This document shows, piece by piece, positions 38,235-50,350 of a stretch of 64,000 bases of DNA; position 1 is the stretch's first letter, and each line of letters begins with the position of its first letter. A program made the position numbers and the translations under genes. Source of the DNA: Octopus vulgaris (lineage: Eukaryota); the NCBI GenBank assembly GCA_951406725.2, contig OX597821.1:92008001-92072000 (forward strand), written 5' to 3'. The notes below the pieces were generated by a model. That model was not told the origin of the DNA. It saw nothing but the letters and a program-made list of their open reading frames with translations, and searched no databases.

Positions 38235-38435
38235 AAAATGTGACCGTGTGTGTACCGTTGGCGATTTTTTTCCTCTGTCTTCCCTTCTTTGGATCTTTCC
38301 TTTTCCTATGTTTCTGACGAAGAGCTCCGCTCAAAACGTTAAAGCCTCCTTCTTTCCTGAGCGTCCAATAACACTATACTTGTTCCACATCCTTGCGTTG
38401 TTGTATTTTCTCTTTGTATTTTCATGTTTGGATTA

Positions 38436-38440
<5 letters not shown>
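38235..38440 (+). mobile_element. Penelope-like 3' tail between two (TA)n tracts, with hammerhead-like motif
   Basis: TTT-CTGACGA-AGAGC-TCC-GCTC-AAAA-CG-TT-AAA at 38311-38343. Confidence 0.65.
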
Positions 38441-38501
<61 letters not shown>

Positions 38502-39990
38502 AAAATTTCCAGAAAACCAGCTCTATGAGTCTATATGATTCAGGAAGAAGCAATTTTTTTTTTCAAAGTGATAGGTGTGAGATCAGACATGATACGGTAT
38601 ATGTGACTATACTAGTTAGTTGATAGGAATATGTCCTTGAAGCATTGATATAATTATACCTATATAACTAATTTAAGTTCATTTTTCTTATCATGTGTCA
38701 TTTATGCCACATCATTTAGAAATATGGCATGAATGATACAAAATCTTCTCACTTTTAAACCAAAATCCAAGTGCCTATAGAAGATATTAATATTTATGAA
38801 AAACAAATAGAACCAGAAATATAACAAGATGAAAGAAATACAGTTATATTTTCAAATATATTTTCCAATTTAATTTGATGTTATAGAAATGAAATATGTC
38901 AAATTATTAATATTAGTCTCAAAACAGGAATGATAAAAAGGAAAATTTATAAGATTTGTCTATCTTTATTTTCTTTTCCTTCTTTTCTGTCCCTCAATAA
39001 GCATCTTATGATATAGGTAATAAAATTGGAATGATAATACTGCTGCTGAAAATTATAATTTTATTACATATTTGTCCTTTATATTATTTCAGAACAAATA
39101 ATTTTAGTATTGGAAATTGAATTTATTCTGGTATGTATGGAAGACCATAGTTTATTAGGATAATGTTTGATCAACAGTGACTTTTAAGCAATTTGTATTT
39201 CAGCAAGTAGTAGTGATGTTGGTGATGGTAGTGGTTGTGGTGGTGGTGAGGTGGTGATGTTGGTTGTGTGATAGTGTTGGTGGCAGTGATGGCAGTAGCT
39301 TTGATGGTGATGGTATTAGTGGTAGTGATGGTAGTGGTGGTAGCAGAAGACAGAATGTAGCAAGAGAAAAGATTACAAAAGAAGTGAAAGATATGAATGG
39401 GGGAAAAAAAAACAGAGGAGAGCAGAAGAAAAGAAGTCCTACACAAGAAAAGAAAACTGATACAAGAAAGGGGAGAGGAAGACAGGAGAAAAAAAAGAAG
39501 ACAGAAGGAAGGAACTGAACGTGGGGACACAAAGGGACATAAGGTGACACAAGATGATGCAAGGAGACATTTGAAAGTGCAAGGAGACAAAAGAAGGCAC
39601 AAGGAGGCACAGGGAGGCATAGGGAGGCACAGGGAGGCAAAAGAACATAAAGAAGGCAAAAGGAGACGTAGGGTAACAACAGAAGGAAACACAATGTATA
39701 TGAAAATACAAGGTTAAAGTTTATTAGGATAATGCTTGAACAACAGAGGTGTGTGAAGCATTAAACAAGTTGCATTTCTGCAAAGTAGTGGTAGCCTTGG
39801 TGGTGTGGTGGTGGTGGTGGTGGTGGTGGTGGAGGTGGTGGTAGATAGCAAACAGAAGTAACAGAAGTGGTGGGGGAGGTGAATAGAGAAAGACAGAATA
39901 AAAGAGGACATATATAAAAGCAGAAGACATACTAGAAGGAGAAAACAAGACAATAGAAAGAAAAGATGGAGGGTAGGAAAGAAACAAGAG

Positions 39991-40365
39991 GATACAAGAA
40001 GAGGGGAAAGTACTAGGAGACATGCAAAAGAAGGTACAAAAGACACAAGGGGACAACAAGGGACGGATACAAGAAGAGGAGAAAGCAGTAGGAGACATGC
40101 AAAAGAAGGTATGAAAGACACAAGGGAACAACAAGGGACGGATACAAGAAGAGGGGAAAATACTAGGGGACATGCAAAAGAAGGTACAAAAGACACAAAG
40201 AGACAACAAGGGACAGAAAGAAGAAGAGAAGAGAACACTTGGAGACATGCAAAATAAGGTTCCAGAGGCACAAGGGGACAACAAGAGACAGATACAAGAA
40301 GAGAAGAAAACACTAGGGGATATGCAAAAGAAGGTACAAAAGACACAAGGGAAGAACAGGGGACA
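39991..40365. repeat. 75-bp minisatellite x5 within a purine-rich domain of about 1.6 kb
   Basis: Unit starts at 39991, 40066, 40141, 40216 and 40291. Confidence 0.92.
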
Positions 40366-41227
40366 GAAAATAACACATGGAGATTGTAATGGAAACAGAA
40401 AAGGAAATAAAAAGACATGAGGAGATACAAGGAGATGCAGAGAGATCCAAAGAGACACAAAAATATGCAAGAAGACACAGGGAAATATCCAAAGGAAAGC
40501 AAAAGGAGACACAAGGGGCACAAGAATACATAAGAAGGTAGAAGAAGACACAAGGGGATACAAGAAATCAAGAGAAGATATGAAGAGCTATAAAAAGGCA
40601 TGGGTAGACACAGAGACACTGAAAAAGACAGCACAACAAACATAAGGAGACACAAGAGGACACAAGAAGATATAAGAATATACAAGGAGACATGTGAAAA
40701 TATATACACATCAAAATGAAGATGTAAGAGGCCACTAGAGGAAAATGGAAAACAGAAATAAAAGAAAACGAGACAAAAAGATGTAAGATAGATAGATAAA
40801 TATAGCAAGGTAAAGTAATAGAGAAGTGAAGAAGAAGAAGAAGAGAGAGATGATGATGATGATGGAGAAAAATGACGAAATCAGAAATAAAAAAAAAAAC
40901 GAGGGAAAAAATAAGATAGAAACGTAGATATAAAGTAGGAAAAAAAAAATGGCTTCTACAGTTGACTGACTCAAGATATAATAAATGTTAAATATATATA
41001 TTGTAAAAAGTGACAAAGTAAGAATATAACATATCAAAGTGTAAAGAAGCAAAAAAAGTATTGATGATAAAATAAGAGGGGAGAATGTTACCGATGTTCA
41101 TTATAGTTCACTTTATTTAAAATACTTTTAACATATTGCTTAGAGTTGCAATAAATGGTGCTGTAATATTGGTAATGTATACTAAATGGTGACGTATGGA
41201 AATTAGTATGCATAGACAGCAACAAAC

Positions 41228-41229
<2 letters not shown>

Positions 41230-41279
<50 letters not shown>

Positions 41280-41412
41280 GTATATATATATATAAATTTA
41301 TATGTATGTATGTATGTATGCATTCATTCATTCATTCAGTTATTCATACAGATATACATATCATACATATATATATATATATATATACACACATGTGTAT
41401 ACATGTATATAA

Positions 41413-41456
<44 letters not shown>

Positions 41457-41497
41457 TATTATATATATATATGCACACACACATATATGTATGTATA

Positions 41498-41535
<38 letters not shown>

Positions 41536-41857
41536 AATATGTATAAATTTATGTACATATATACATATATCAGCAGATACTTTCTTACATACATGCCTGT
41601 GTATAAGAGAGAGAGAGAGAGAGAGAGAGAGCATGAAAGTGAGAGAGTGTGTGTGTGTGAGAGAGAGTGAGAGACGTGGATGGGTATGTGTGTGTACCTG
41701 TTTACAGCTAAATGCATACATAACAATTTCCATATATTTTTATACAAGTGCAAGTGTATATATACATACATATTCATCACAGACCTACATATATACATGT
41801 ATATATATATGCATATGTGTATATAAAGTGTATATGCCTATTTATGTGTCTGTATGA

Positions 41858-41903
<46 letters not shown>

Positions 41904-41942
41904 GCTTACTTACATATATTTATTTATGTATATATATATATG
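41230..41942. repeat. (TA)n/(TG)n/(GA)n low-complexity block
   Basis: Directly visible. Confidence 0.93.
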
Positions 41943-43122
41943 TACTTCTAAAGCTAAGAAACTTAAATTTGTAACAAAATCTTTCAGAATTCCATTAATT
42001 CTGAACAGAATGATTATAGTGTGGAGATTACAGTGAGGTGGGGGAGGGAGTGGAGAAGAAAGTAAATCATTTTGTTAGTCTTCTTTTTTCAGACTTTTTG
42101 AAAAAAAATATTTTTAGGTTTTATTTTGTTATTTGATTTTTTTTTTTATTGCAATCTTCTGATTTTTAACAATTTTCCCACTCATCACTTCCTCCACTTT
42201 CCATCATTTCATTCTGAAAGCCGATCAGTCTAAATGAGTCAAGAAATTATTGATAATATTAGATGTATGGGCACGTTCTTAATATTTTGTTTGGGGAAGG
42301 TGGGTAGATTTTTTTTATGGATTATCAATATTCTTCAGGTTACTATTGAAAAAAATGTATTTTTCTTCCTCTATATGTGTATGCATCTGTGTTTGTCTGT
42401 GTGCATGCCTATGTGTGCATGAGGGATATTTGATATGTGGTGCGTTTATGAGTGGACAGAAAAAATTTTTATGCTTCATTTTTTTTCTTTTCAGATATTA
42501 ACATTGATTAATAATCTTTTTTTTTAATTCAATGAAAATTGAAAATGAAAATTCAAAATTTAAAAACAATAATAGGCTAAACATATCTAACTACTGTTTT
42601 ATAAAAGTAACATTAATAATAACAGTATTCAGGAAATTAGTCGTATCATAGATTAGTTTACATTGTTTTAAAGAATGATAGGTTAGTGGAGTATATGCAG
42701 TTTCTCACTAGAAACACTGAGTGAATAAAGAATGACCCTACCAGAAACTCTTCAGTTACTGTTAATGAAATTTCTTTTATAGTTCTTGTGTCTCCAAAGG
42801 GTGTGGAACAATGAGGTAGAGTTTTCTCCTGTTCCTACACCTAAAGGAGTGTTTGTGTTGTGTGTATCAAAGCTTAAAGCTATTGGCTGTCATGCCCATG
42901 TAATGCCTCATGATGCCATTGGATAGTGTGAGGGGTGGCTATATGAATCACATTTTTTTTTCAGTGGCTGAATGCTTCCCATGGGGAGCTGGTATAATTA
43001 CAGGTTAGAGAGCAGAGTGAAAACTTTGTGGGTGAGTGTTTTCTTCTGTTCTAGCCTGCAATGTTAGAAGCAATACTATTTATGCATGAGTTATCAACCT
43101 TGACATTATAGAAATTATAGAA

Positions 43123-43220
43123 CTTATTCTGGGGTCAATTTGGTCGACTAAAGGTGCTGCTCCAGCATGGCCGCAGTCAAATGACTGAAACAAGTAAAAG
43201 AGTAAAAGAGTAAAGAGTAA
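43123..43220 (+). mobile_element. SINE B 3' tail only
   Basis: GCTCCAGCATGGCCGCAGTCAAATGACTGAAACAAGTAAAAGAGTAAAAGAG. Confidence 0.88.
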
Positions 43221-44552
43221 GCTCCTAGATATACTAGAGGAAATAAATAGATTGCACAGAGAATTAAACTGAATCATTGTTTTCATTCTAACTCACTCAG
43301 TGTAAGATACAGAATCTTGATATACACTAAACTACTAGCAGTGCCTCTCCTGGGTAGTAGCATTCATAGAGGTGTGCAGCTTTGTTGAAAATCTATCACT
43401 TCGTCAATAGATTGAAGATTCTTCTGCTGCTATCTATGATTATGTTTCTAAATATATTTGAGATAACTAGAGTATCAACAAATACGAAAAGCTTCTTCAT
43501 TGGGCTTTTTGCAGAGGCAATACTTGCGTGTCTAGAGATCTAGTATTATGTTCAGGAAACCAACCTTCCTAGTAACCACAATGATTCCAACATCAAGGTC
43601 GATAATGCTGGTAAATTGTCTGCTTAAAGCTAGGGCCTTCCGGAGGAAAGATCCCAAAATTCAAGGACAGTAGTTCATGATAATGAATTGAGTGAACTTG
43701 CAGGCTGCTTTATACTTGATGTTGTGGAACCTGTTGATTACAATTACACCACAACCCCATAGGTTCAACCCTTGCAGCTCTTCTGTTATATGGGTAGGTG
43801 GCTTTGAGAATAAACTTATTTACAATATCTATTTCATATTTAGCAGGTTGCTATAACAGCATTTAAACCTCTAAAACAGAAAGTTGCACAAAGCAAGATA
43901 CTTTCTATCTTTAGGAGGGTGACTAGCACCTTTGTTTCAGTTTATGACATTATGTTTCCAGACATTAGTTTTATTGTATGGTTTCTAGATGTTGCTTATA
44001 AGGAATTTTTGTGCATGAAGGTTTTAGTTTTGTATGTATCTTATATTTTGTCAGTATATTTGTGTACATTAGATGATTGTTCAAAATGTGTCATGTAAAC
44101 TTTAAAAGTTTAAATAGGTGATGCTTATAAAATCAGCTTTGAAATTCACAAGGTCCTTTATCTAGGGAGGACCTTTTTGTTATCTACAGCTCAATTGATC
44201 AGTGGACATGCTGATGTTTAGTTTCTCAAACAAGTAGTTTTTTTTTCATGCATTCATTTGATTACACTTACAAGTTTCTCAAGAAAGTATATTAATGTTT
44301 AACACACACACACACATACATATGTGTGTGTGTGTGTGTGTATAAATCTGTGTGCGTGTGTTCATGTATTCATATATACATATAAGAGAGATCAAGAGAT
44401 GCTCAGCATAGAAAACATATAGTAGTAAACAAATGATTTGAACTTACACTCTAAAATGTTTATCAAAGACTAAGTCTGTGAGGTAAAGAGCGAATACTAT
44501 AGGAATCCAGATGAGCATCTGTATGTATGTATTTATATATATATATATATAT

Positions 44553-44980
44553 ATCAAAATAAGCAACAAAGCTATCCAGAAGTAATGCAGTATGATCGTT
44601 TCATGCAACTCCATTTAATTGAACAATGCAATCATTACATCAGTTTAAAATGCAGTGCAATCTTCAGCTGCACAAAGACACAGAATTTAATTAAATTATA
44701 ACAGATGGACACATTAGTATAATTATACCTAAAATATCCAAGAAGTTAAGGAGATAGACAAAGAACATGCTGCCTCATGATTGCATTGTTCAATTAAATA
44801 GAGTTGCATGAAACGATCGTACTGCATTATCTCTGGATATCCTTGTTGCTTATTTTGATTTTAATCACCTTACTTTGAAATTGTATGGATAATACCATAC
44901 TAAATTCTGGTGCCTCAACTTAAGTACCATATTCATCTGAATCTAAATTTATGTTGAACTCATCTACCATACTCAAAGTA
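44553..44980. mobile_element. Fold-back Penelope-like insertion between (TA)n tracts
   Basis: Arms 44553-44636 and 44778-44859. Confidence 0.7.
44586..44672 (-). ncRNA. Candidate type-I hammerhead ribozyme (Penelope-like, long stem II insert)
   Basis: UGCAG-CUGAAGA-uUGCA...UGCAu-GAAA-CGAUCA-UA-CUGCA: 5-bp stem I, intact core boxes, near-palindromic stem III (perfect ACGATCGT in the sister arm). Confidence 0.6.
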
Positions 44981-45174
44981 TATATATATATATATAAATT
45001 ACAAATTGAGATAGGGGTTGTGAGTGCAACCCACCATGGGATAACATATATCCAATATACTGCCAGTAAAGCACCCAACAAAGTTAATACATAAATGTTA
45101 AGAATTGCGATGCAATTAATTCATTTATTGTATTATATGGGCGAAGGTAAAATGTTTTACCACAAATTCATAAC

Positions 45175-45390
45175 ACAAAATAAGGAAATGGAGAAACACT
45201 CCTTAATCAATAATCAACTACCAGATAATACCCATTCACATAATTTATTAACCAACTACATATGAACATCAAGGTCAAACATAATAGTGACCTTGATGTT
45301 CATACGTAGTTGGTTAATAAATTATGTGAATGGGTATTATCTGGTAGTTGATTATTGATTAAGGTGTATTTCTCCATTTTCTTATTTTGT
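45175..45390. repeat. Long hairpin, about 103-bp arms with a 10-nt loop, ending at TA/CA repeat
   Basis: 45175-45277 is the reverse complement of 45288-45390 with few mismatches. Confidence 0.92.
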
Positions 45391-45414
45391 ATATATACAT
45401 ACACACACACACAC

Positions 45415-46547
45415 ATTGGGTCATCCCATAGATAATTTATTTTTTTCAATTGCAGGAACTAAAAGTCAGAGAGGGACAGGGTAAACTACCTGCATCAACT
45501 TGCTATAAAAGCAGGTAGTGATTTTACCTTGTGCTTATTCTTAGTGCAAGTTTTGAAGAGTGCAGTTCAATTTTAACAGTTATTTTTTCAAAGCTAAAAT
45601 GGAAGTGACAAAGGAGCATATTCGGCATATTTTGCTTTATGAATTCAATAAAGGCAACAACACACGGAAAAGTGTGAGGAATATTAATGCAGTATGTGGG
45701 GAACAGATAATAAGCATAAGAAGATTTGTAGAGCTTTACGAGGATGTCCTGTAAACTCTAGTGGAACAAAATTCCATCGTAACTGTTGAGGAACTTGCAG
45801 AGAAGCTTGGATTTCATCATTCAGTCATCCATCAACAACTGCGTGGCATCAGAAAAGTCAGCAAATTGGGTCAATGAGTTCCTCACAAACTTTCCTAGTT
45901 TAATCACGCACAGGGAGTCTCATGAATGAACCATTCTTGGACTGGATTGTGACTGGTGATGAGAAATAGGTTCTCTATAAAAATGTCAAGGGTCAAAGAT
46001 GGTAGATAGGGAAAAGAGAAACAACCCAGGTGTTGTTATCTGTTTGGTGGATATGAAAGCTTTAGTCCCCTTTGAACTTTTAAACTGAAACTAAACAATG
46101 ACAAAGGAGATCTAGTGTCAGTAGCTTAAGTCAGCACTAGAAGAAAAACAACCATATTTCAAGGTGAAAGGTGTTCTTCCATCAGGATTATGCTCAGCCA
46201 CATACAGCAAGGATGGCATTCTAAAGGCTGGAGCAGTTTGAATGGGAAAATGATGTCCCACCCACGATATTTGCTGGATATTGCCCCATCTGATAATTAT
46301 TTATTCTGCAGTCTTCAAAATGATTTGGACAGAAAGAATATGAATTCTGTAGATGACGTCAGAACAGTACTGAAGGAGTATTTTTCATCACAGACAAGTG
46401 AATTTTGGAAGAGAGGCCTTGCAAGTCTACCAGATAGATGGAAGAGCATTGTAGAAAATGAGAGAGAGTATATTCTAAATTAAAAAAGAACTTTGTTTAT
46501 CTTAATTTTGAAAAATAAAAGAAGTATAAAAAAACTACAATTATTTG
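45415..46547 (+). mobile_element. Decayed mariner (DD34D) transposon
   Basis: 5' TIR TTGGGTCATCCCATA; MEVTKEHIRHILLYEFNKG; (W)VPHKL; IVTGDEK; FFHQDYAQPH; HPRYLLDIAPSDNYLFCSLQNDL; many stops; 3' TIR truncated. Confidence 0.93.
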
Positions 46548-46792
46548 TTTGTACTCCACCTGACTTCGTCTTTTGTTCATTTTCGTAAACCTGCCTTCGT
46601 CTTTTGTTTATTTTCGTAAACCTTCCCGTTATATATATATATATATATATATATAATAATAAATATTAGGAATAAATCCAAATTTACAGGGTAAAATATT
46701 ATATAATATTAATTCAGACAAAACCACTATTTGCAAAACAAACAAGGGATTAAATCTTTGTTTGTTTTGCAAAATAGTGGTTTTGTCTCGAA

Positions 46793-46852
<60 letters not shown>

Positions 46853-47100
46853 AAATATTAGGGAATAAATCCAACTTACAGGGAAAATTAATTTAGGATA
46901 TCCAATTTTTATATAAATATATTATATTATATTATATTATATTATATTAAATTAGAGATAAAACCACTATTAGGCAAATCAAACAATGAAAAACATAAGC
47001 CAATACATAAAATTAATTAATTTATATTATTTTAAATATATATCAAAAGTATTAAAAGTTTAATAAAAGATAAAGAGTAAAACACTACGATCGTTTCATG
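46545..47100. mobile_element. Cluster of Penelope-like tails in (TA)n, including hairpin 46701-46804
   Basis: 46545-46632 matches the 19720 family; 46653-46804 and 46848-47100 are copies of one family; the latter ends TACGATCGTTTCATG (GAAA-CGATCG-TA on the minus strand). Confidence 0.7.
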
Positions 47101-47782
47101 TGTGCGTGAGTATGTATGTATATGTGTGTGTGTGCACGTGTGTGCATGTCATAAATATGCTTCTATGTAATAACTCAAAAGCTCAACAGCCACATACATC
47201 TTTTTTCAAAAAGGCCAACACTGCAACGGTGACTTTGTTCTAAATCTGAGGAAAGCATTATCAAAATGAAGACGGCTGTATCTAACCAGAAGCACCAATT
47301 AAGTGCTTCATTGAATGAATGATTGTGTCGTAAAAGTTTTGCTGGAGAAGCATTGACCACAGTTACCCAGCAACGACTGTACATAGAATTATCGTCCCAC
47401 TCTTCTTTTTATAATCATATTTGTAATCCATGTTAGGAGTCTTCAAATAATAGCACAAAGCATATGTTAATTTCATTCCTTTCAATTTAAGCCATAAGTG
47501 CCTTTAGAATTTGACAAGAGCTAAGGACAATGATTTCAAAAGCCCACTACAATTATTGTGTTGTATCTCTGGACATACAAGAGAGCTTGCTTGATCTCTT
47601 CTGTCTATTTGACAACAAAGGTTAATGTCCACTACTTGTTCCACAGATGACTTGTTAGCTGTAAGCAATACATCTGGAAGTAAAATTAAAATAATGATGA
47701 TAGTACGTACATGTCCAAAATTTGTGAAACTCACCTCATCTATTCTAGCATACATCTTGGATGCAAAGCAAAACAAAATATC

Positions 47783-47818
<36 letters not shown>

Positions 47819-47926
47819 ATAAAGGGTGGAATATAATTAATTTAATAAAATTAATCAATTTCACCTAGTAGATTTGTCGGTATGCAAAAGACCATATTTG
47901 GTAAGGGTTGCATTTAACCCTTAATA

Positions 47927-48002
<76 letters not shown>

Positions 48003-48005
48003 ATA

Positions 48006-48046
<41 letters not shown>

Positions 48047-48049
48047 AGC

Positions 48050-48508
48050 ACGTCACCAACAGTAAACAACATGAAATATGAAAACAATGAGTTCAATACA
48101 CAAATAACAAGAGAAATAATAGGACAAGTAATACAAAGAATGATCTTTCATCAGTTGTTGGCTGTTTACCTACTCCCTGTTTTGAGCATTCAACAACAAT
48201 ATAAGTCTTTGAAGAGAGTTGTTCCTGTAGATAAAATTTTGGATTTGTTTCCGTACAGTTTTCCTGTATGTCTCCACTGTCCTGTTTTTGTTCCTAACTT
48301 TGACCCTCCATAAATCCAAAATTTTATCTACGGGAGCAACTGTCTTCAAATACTTATATTGTTATTGATTGCTCAAAATGGGGAGTAGATAAACAGCCAA
48401 CAACTGATGCAGGATCATTCTTTGTATTACTTGTCCTTTTTTTTTCTCCTTAGTTGTGTATTGAACTCATTTCTTTCCATATTTCATGTTGTTTACTGAT
48501 GAAGACGT
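48050..48508. repeat. Long inverted repeat, about 197-bp arms, 65-bp spacer
   Basis: 48050-48246 vs 48312-48508; flanked by TG/TA microsatellite. Confidence 0.92.
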
Positions 48509-48551
48509 CCTATATCCATATAGGCATATATATATATATATATATATGTGC

Positions 48552-48718
48552 TGAGACCCCCTTTGATCATGACTGACCATGGGATTGCACCTAGAAAGTT
48601 ACCCTCTCAGGCAAAAGTCCAGGCAATATTGTTTATGGAAGACCAGCAGTCGCCCATACATAATGGCCTCACCTTTCTATGCCACCAGTGTTATCCAAGG
48701 GAAAGATAAAGGCCGATA
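48552..48718 (-). mobile_element. SINE family D 3' part
   Basis: Homology to the D tail. Confidence 0.85.
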
Positions 48719-48804
48719 TATGTGTATATATATATTTATATATAAATGCGTATATATATTTATATATATATGCATATATATATAAATATAAATATATGTA
48801 TATA

Positions 48805-48838
<34 letters not shown>

Positions 48839-48946
48839 AAACGATGATGATGATGATGATGATATATATATATATGCATATATATATATGCTATTTATAT
48901 TATTATTTAATCGAATGTCATGCATTCATTTCCAAGTAAGTTTATG

Positions 48947-48979
<33 letters not shown>

Positions 48980-49086
48980 GCATTTATGTATGTATGCATG
49001 TACATATGTTTGTATATATATGTGTGTAAGTGTGTATGTATGTGTATATATGTGTATGTGAGTGTGTGGGCGTATGTGGGTGTGTG

Positions 49087-49117
<31 letters not shown>

Positions 49118-49243
49118 GATTATAGCAAGAATGCTCAAGGCCTGTGAAACTAAGTCTCGTGGTACCGTATCAAACTGTTCTAAATAATACATGCAATTCC
49201 TAGTAAATGTTTTGAATACCCATTTCTTTCATATGTTCACTCA

Positions 49244-49285
<42 letters not shown>

Positions 49286-49396
49286 CACATACACATACTT
49301 GTGTGTATATATATATATCTGTGTGTGTGTATGTGTATATATGTATATATAGACACATTTATATACAAACACATATGCATACCCACATCCACACAC

Positions 49397-49431
<35 letters not shown>

Positions 49432-50315
49432 GTGTGTGTAGCAATAACTAAGAATAAAAGAAAGAAGATAGAACATCTGCTCCACAGAATCAAGAGTATT
49501 ATTATTATTTAAGTAATTGACCAGAAATAGCTCACTTATGTGAGTATTGAAACAATTATAAAGTCAGCTCATGATTTTAAAGAAATTGACAAAGCAAAGA
49601 AGTGACATTCTCTTTGTACAGCATGAAAAGAAATCAAGTCTAAATAAGATTATTGAGAAACAAAGCAAAGTGGTCATAACCGTATTGGGAGGGATCTAGC
49701 ATAATCAAATCAATGCCAACTGTGGACAAACTTTTTATAACTCTTCCGTGACACAATCTTGAATGTATAAAATATTAGCAATACAAAGTTTCATTTTCCA
49801 AGTCAGCAGCTTTGGTAAAGAGATTAGGGGTCTGGTGCTTCAAACAAACCTCTTATTTGGATTAAGAAATTCCGAGATATTACTGTTTTTTTATGATTAT
49901 TTTTATCTCCAAGAAATTTTATTGCTTTCATTTGTTTTGATTTTTTTTTTTCCTGGAACCGTTCACAATGGGGTGAATATTATCAAAGATATAAGCTATA
50001 TATCATCCCAAGGATATCAAGCAAATATCTCCCAAGATCCAGTAGGAAGATAGAAGAATGCAACAACAAGTTATTTCAATTAGATTTTGGACAGTTAGCT
50101 GGTCATGGTAAAAGCAATCTGCTAACCTCCCACCCACCCCTACCCAGCTGACAGTCAAGCTGTCATGGATAATCATCTAGACAGTTAAGCCCTCCAGATT
50201 AATTGCTCCCTTGTGAGTCTCTTTCAACAGAAATCCCTTCACTTGTCACTGAACCTTTCAAAGAGCCTTTAAATCAAATCAAACGTGGGCATGTGTATGT
50301 GTGTGTGTATGTGTG

Positions 50316-50350
<35 letters not shown>

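Noticed and set aside
39991-40365. CRISPR-like array
   Set aside because: Contiguous tandem units without unique spacers; eukaryotic context; no cas genes
39714-40808. 364-aa and 279-aa hydrophobic minus-strand ORFs
   Set aside because: The pyrimidine-rich strand lacks stop codons by composition; overlapping frames are open; no domain features
46190-46483. Functional or domesticated SETMAR-like gene
   Set aside because: Fragment of a mariner copy with many stops, frameshifts and deletions
47175-47776. Possible decayed hAT transposase on the minus strand
   Set aside because: Only vague motif resemblance; needs a profile search
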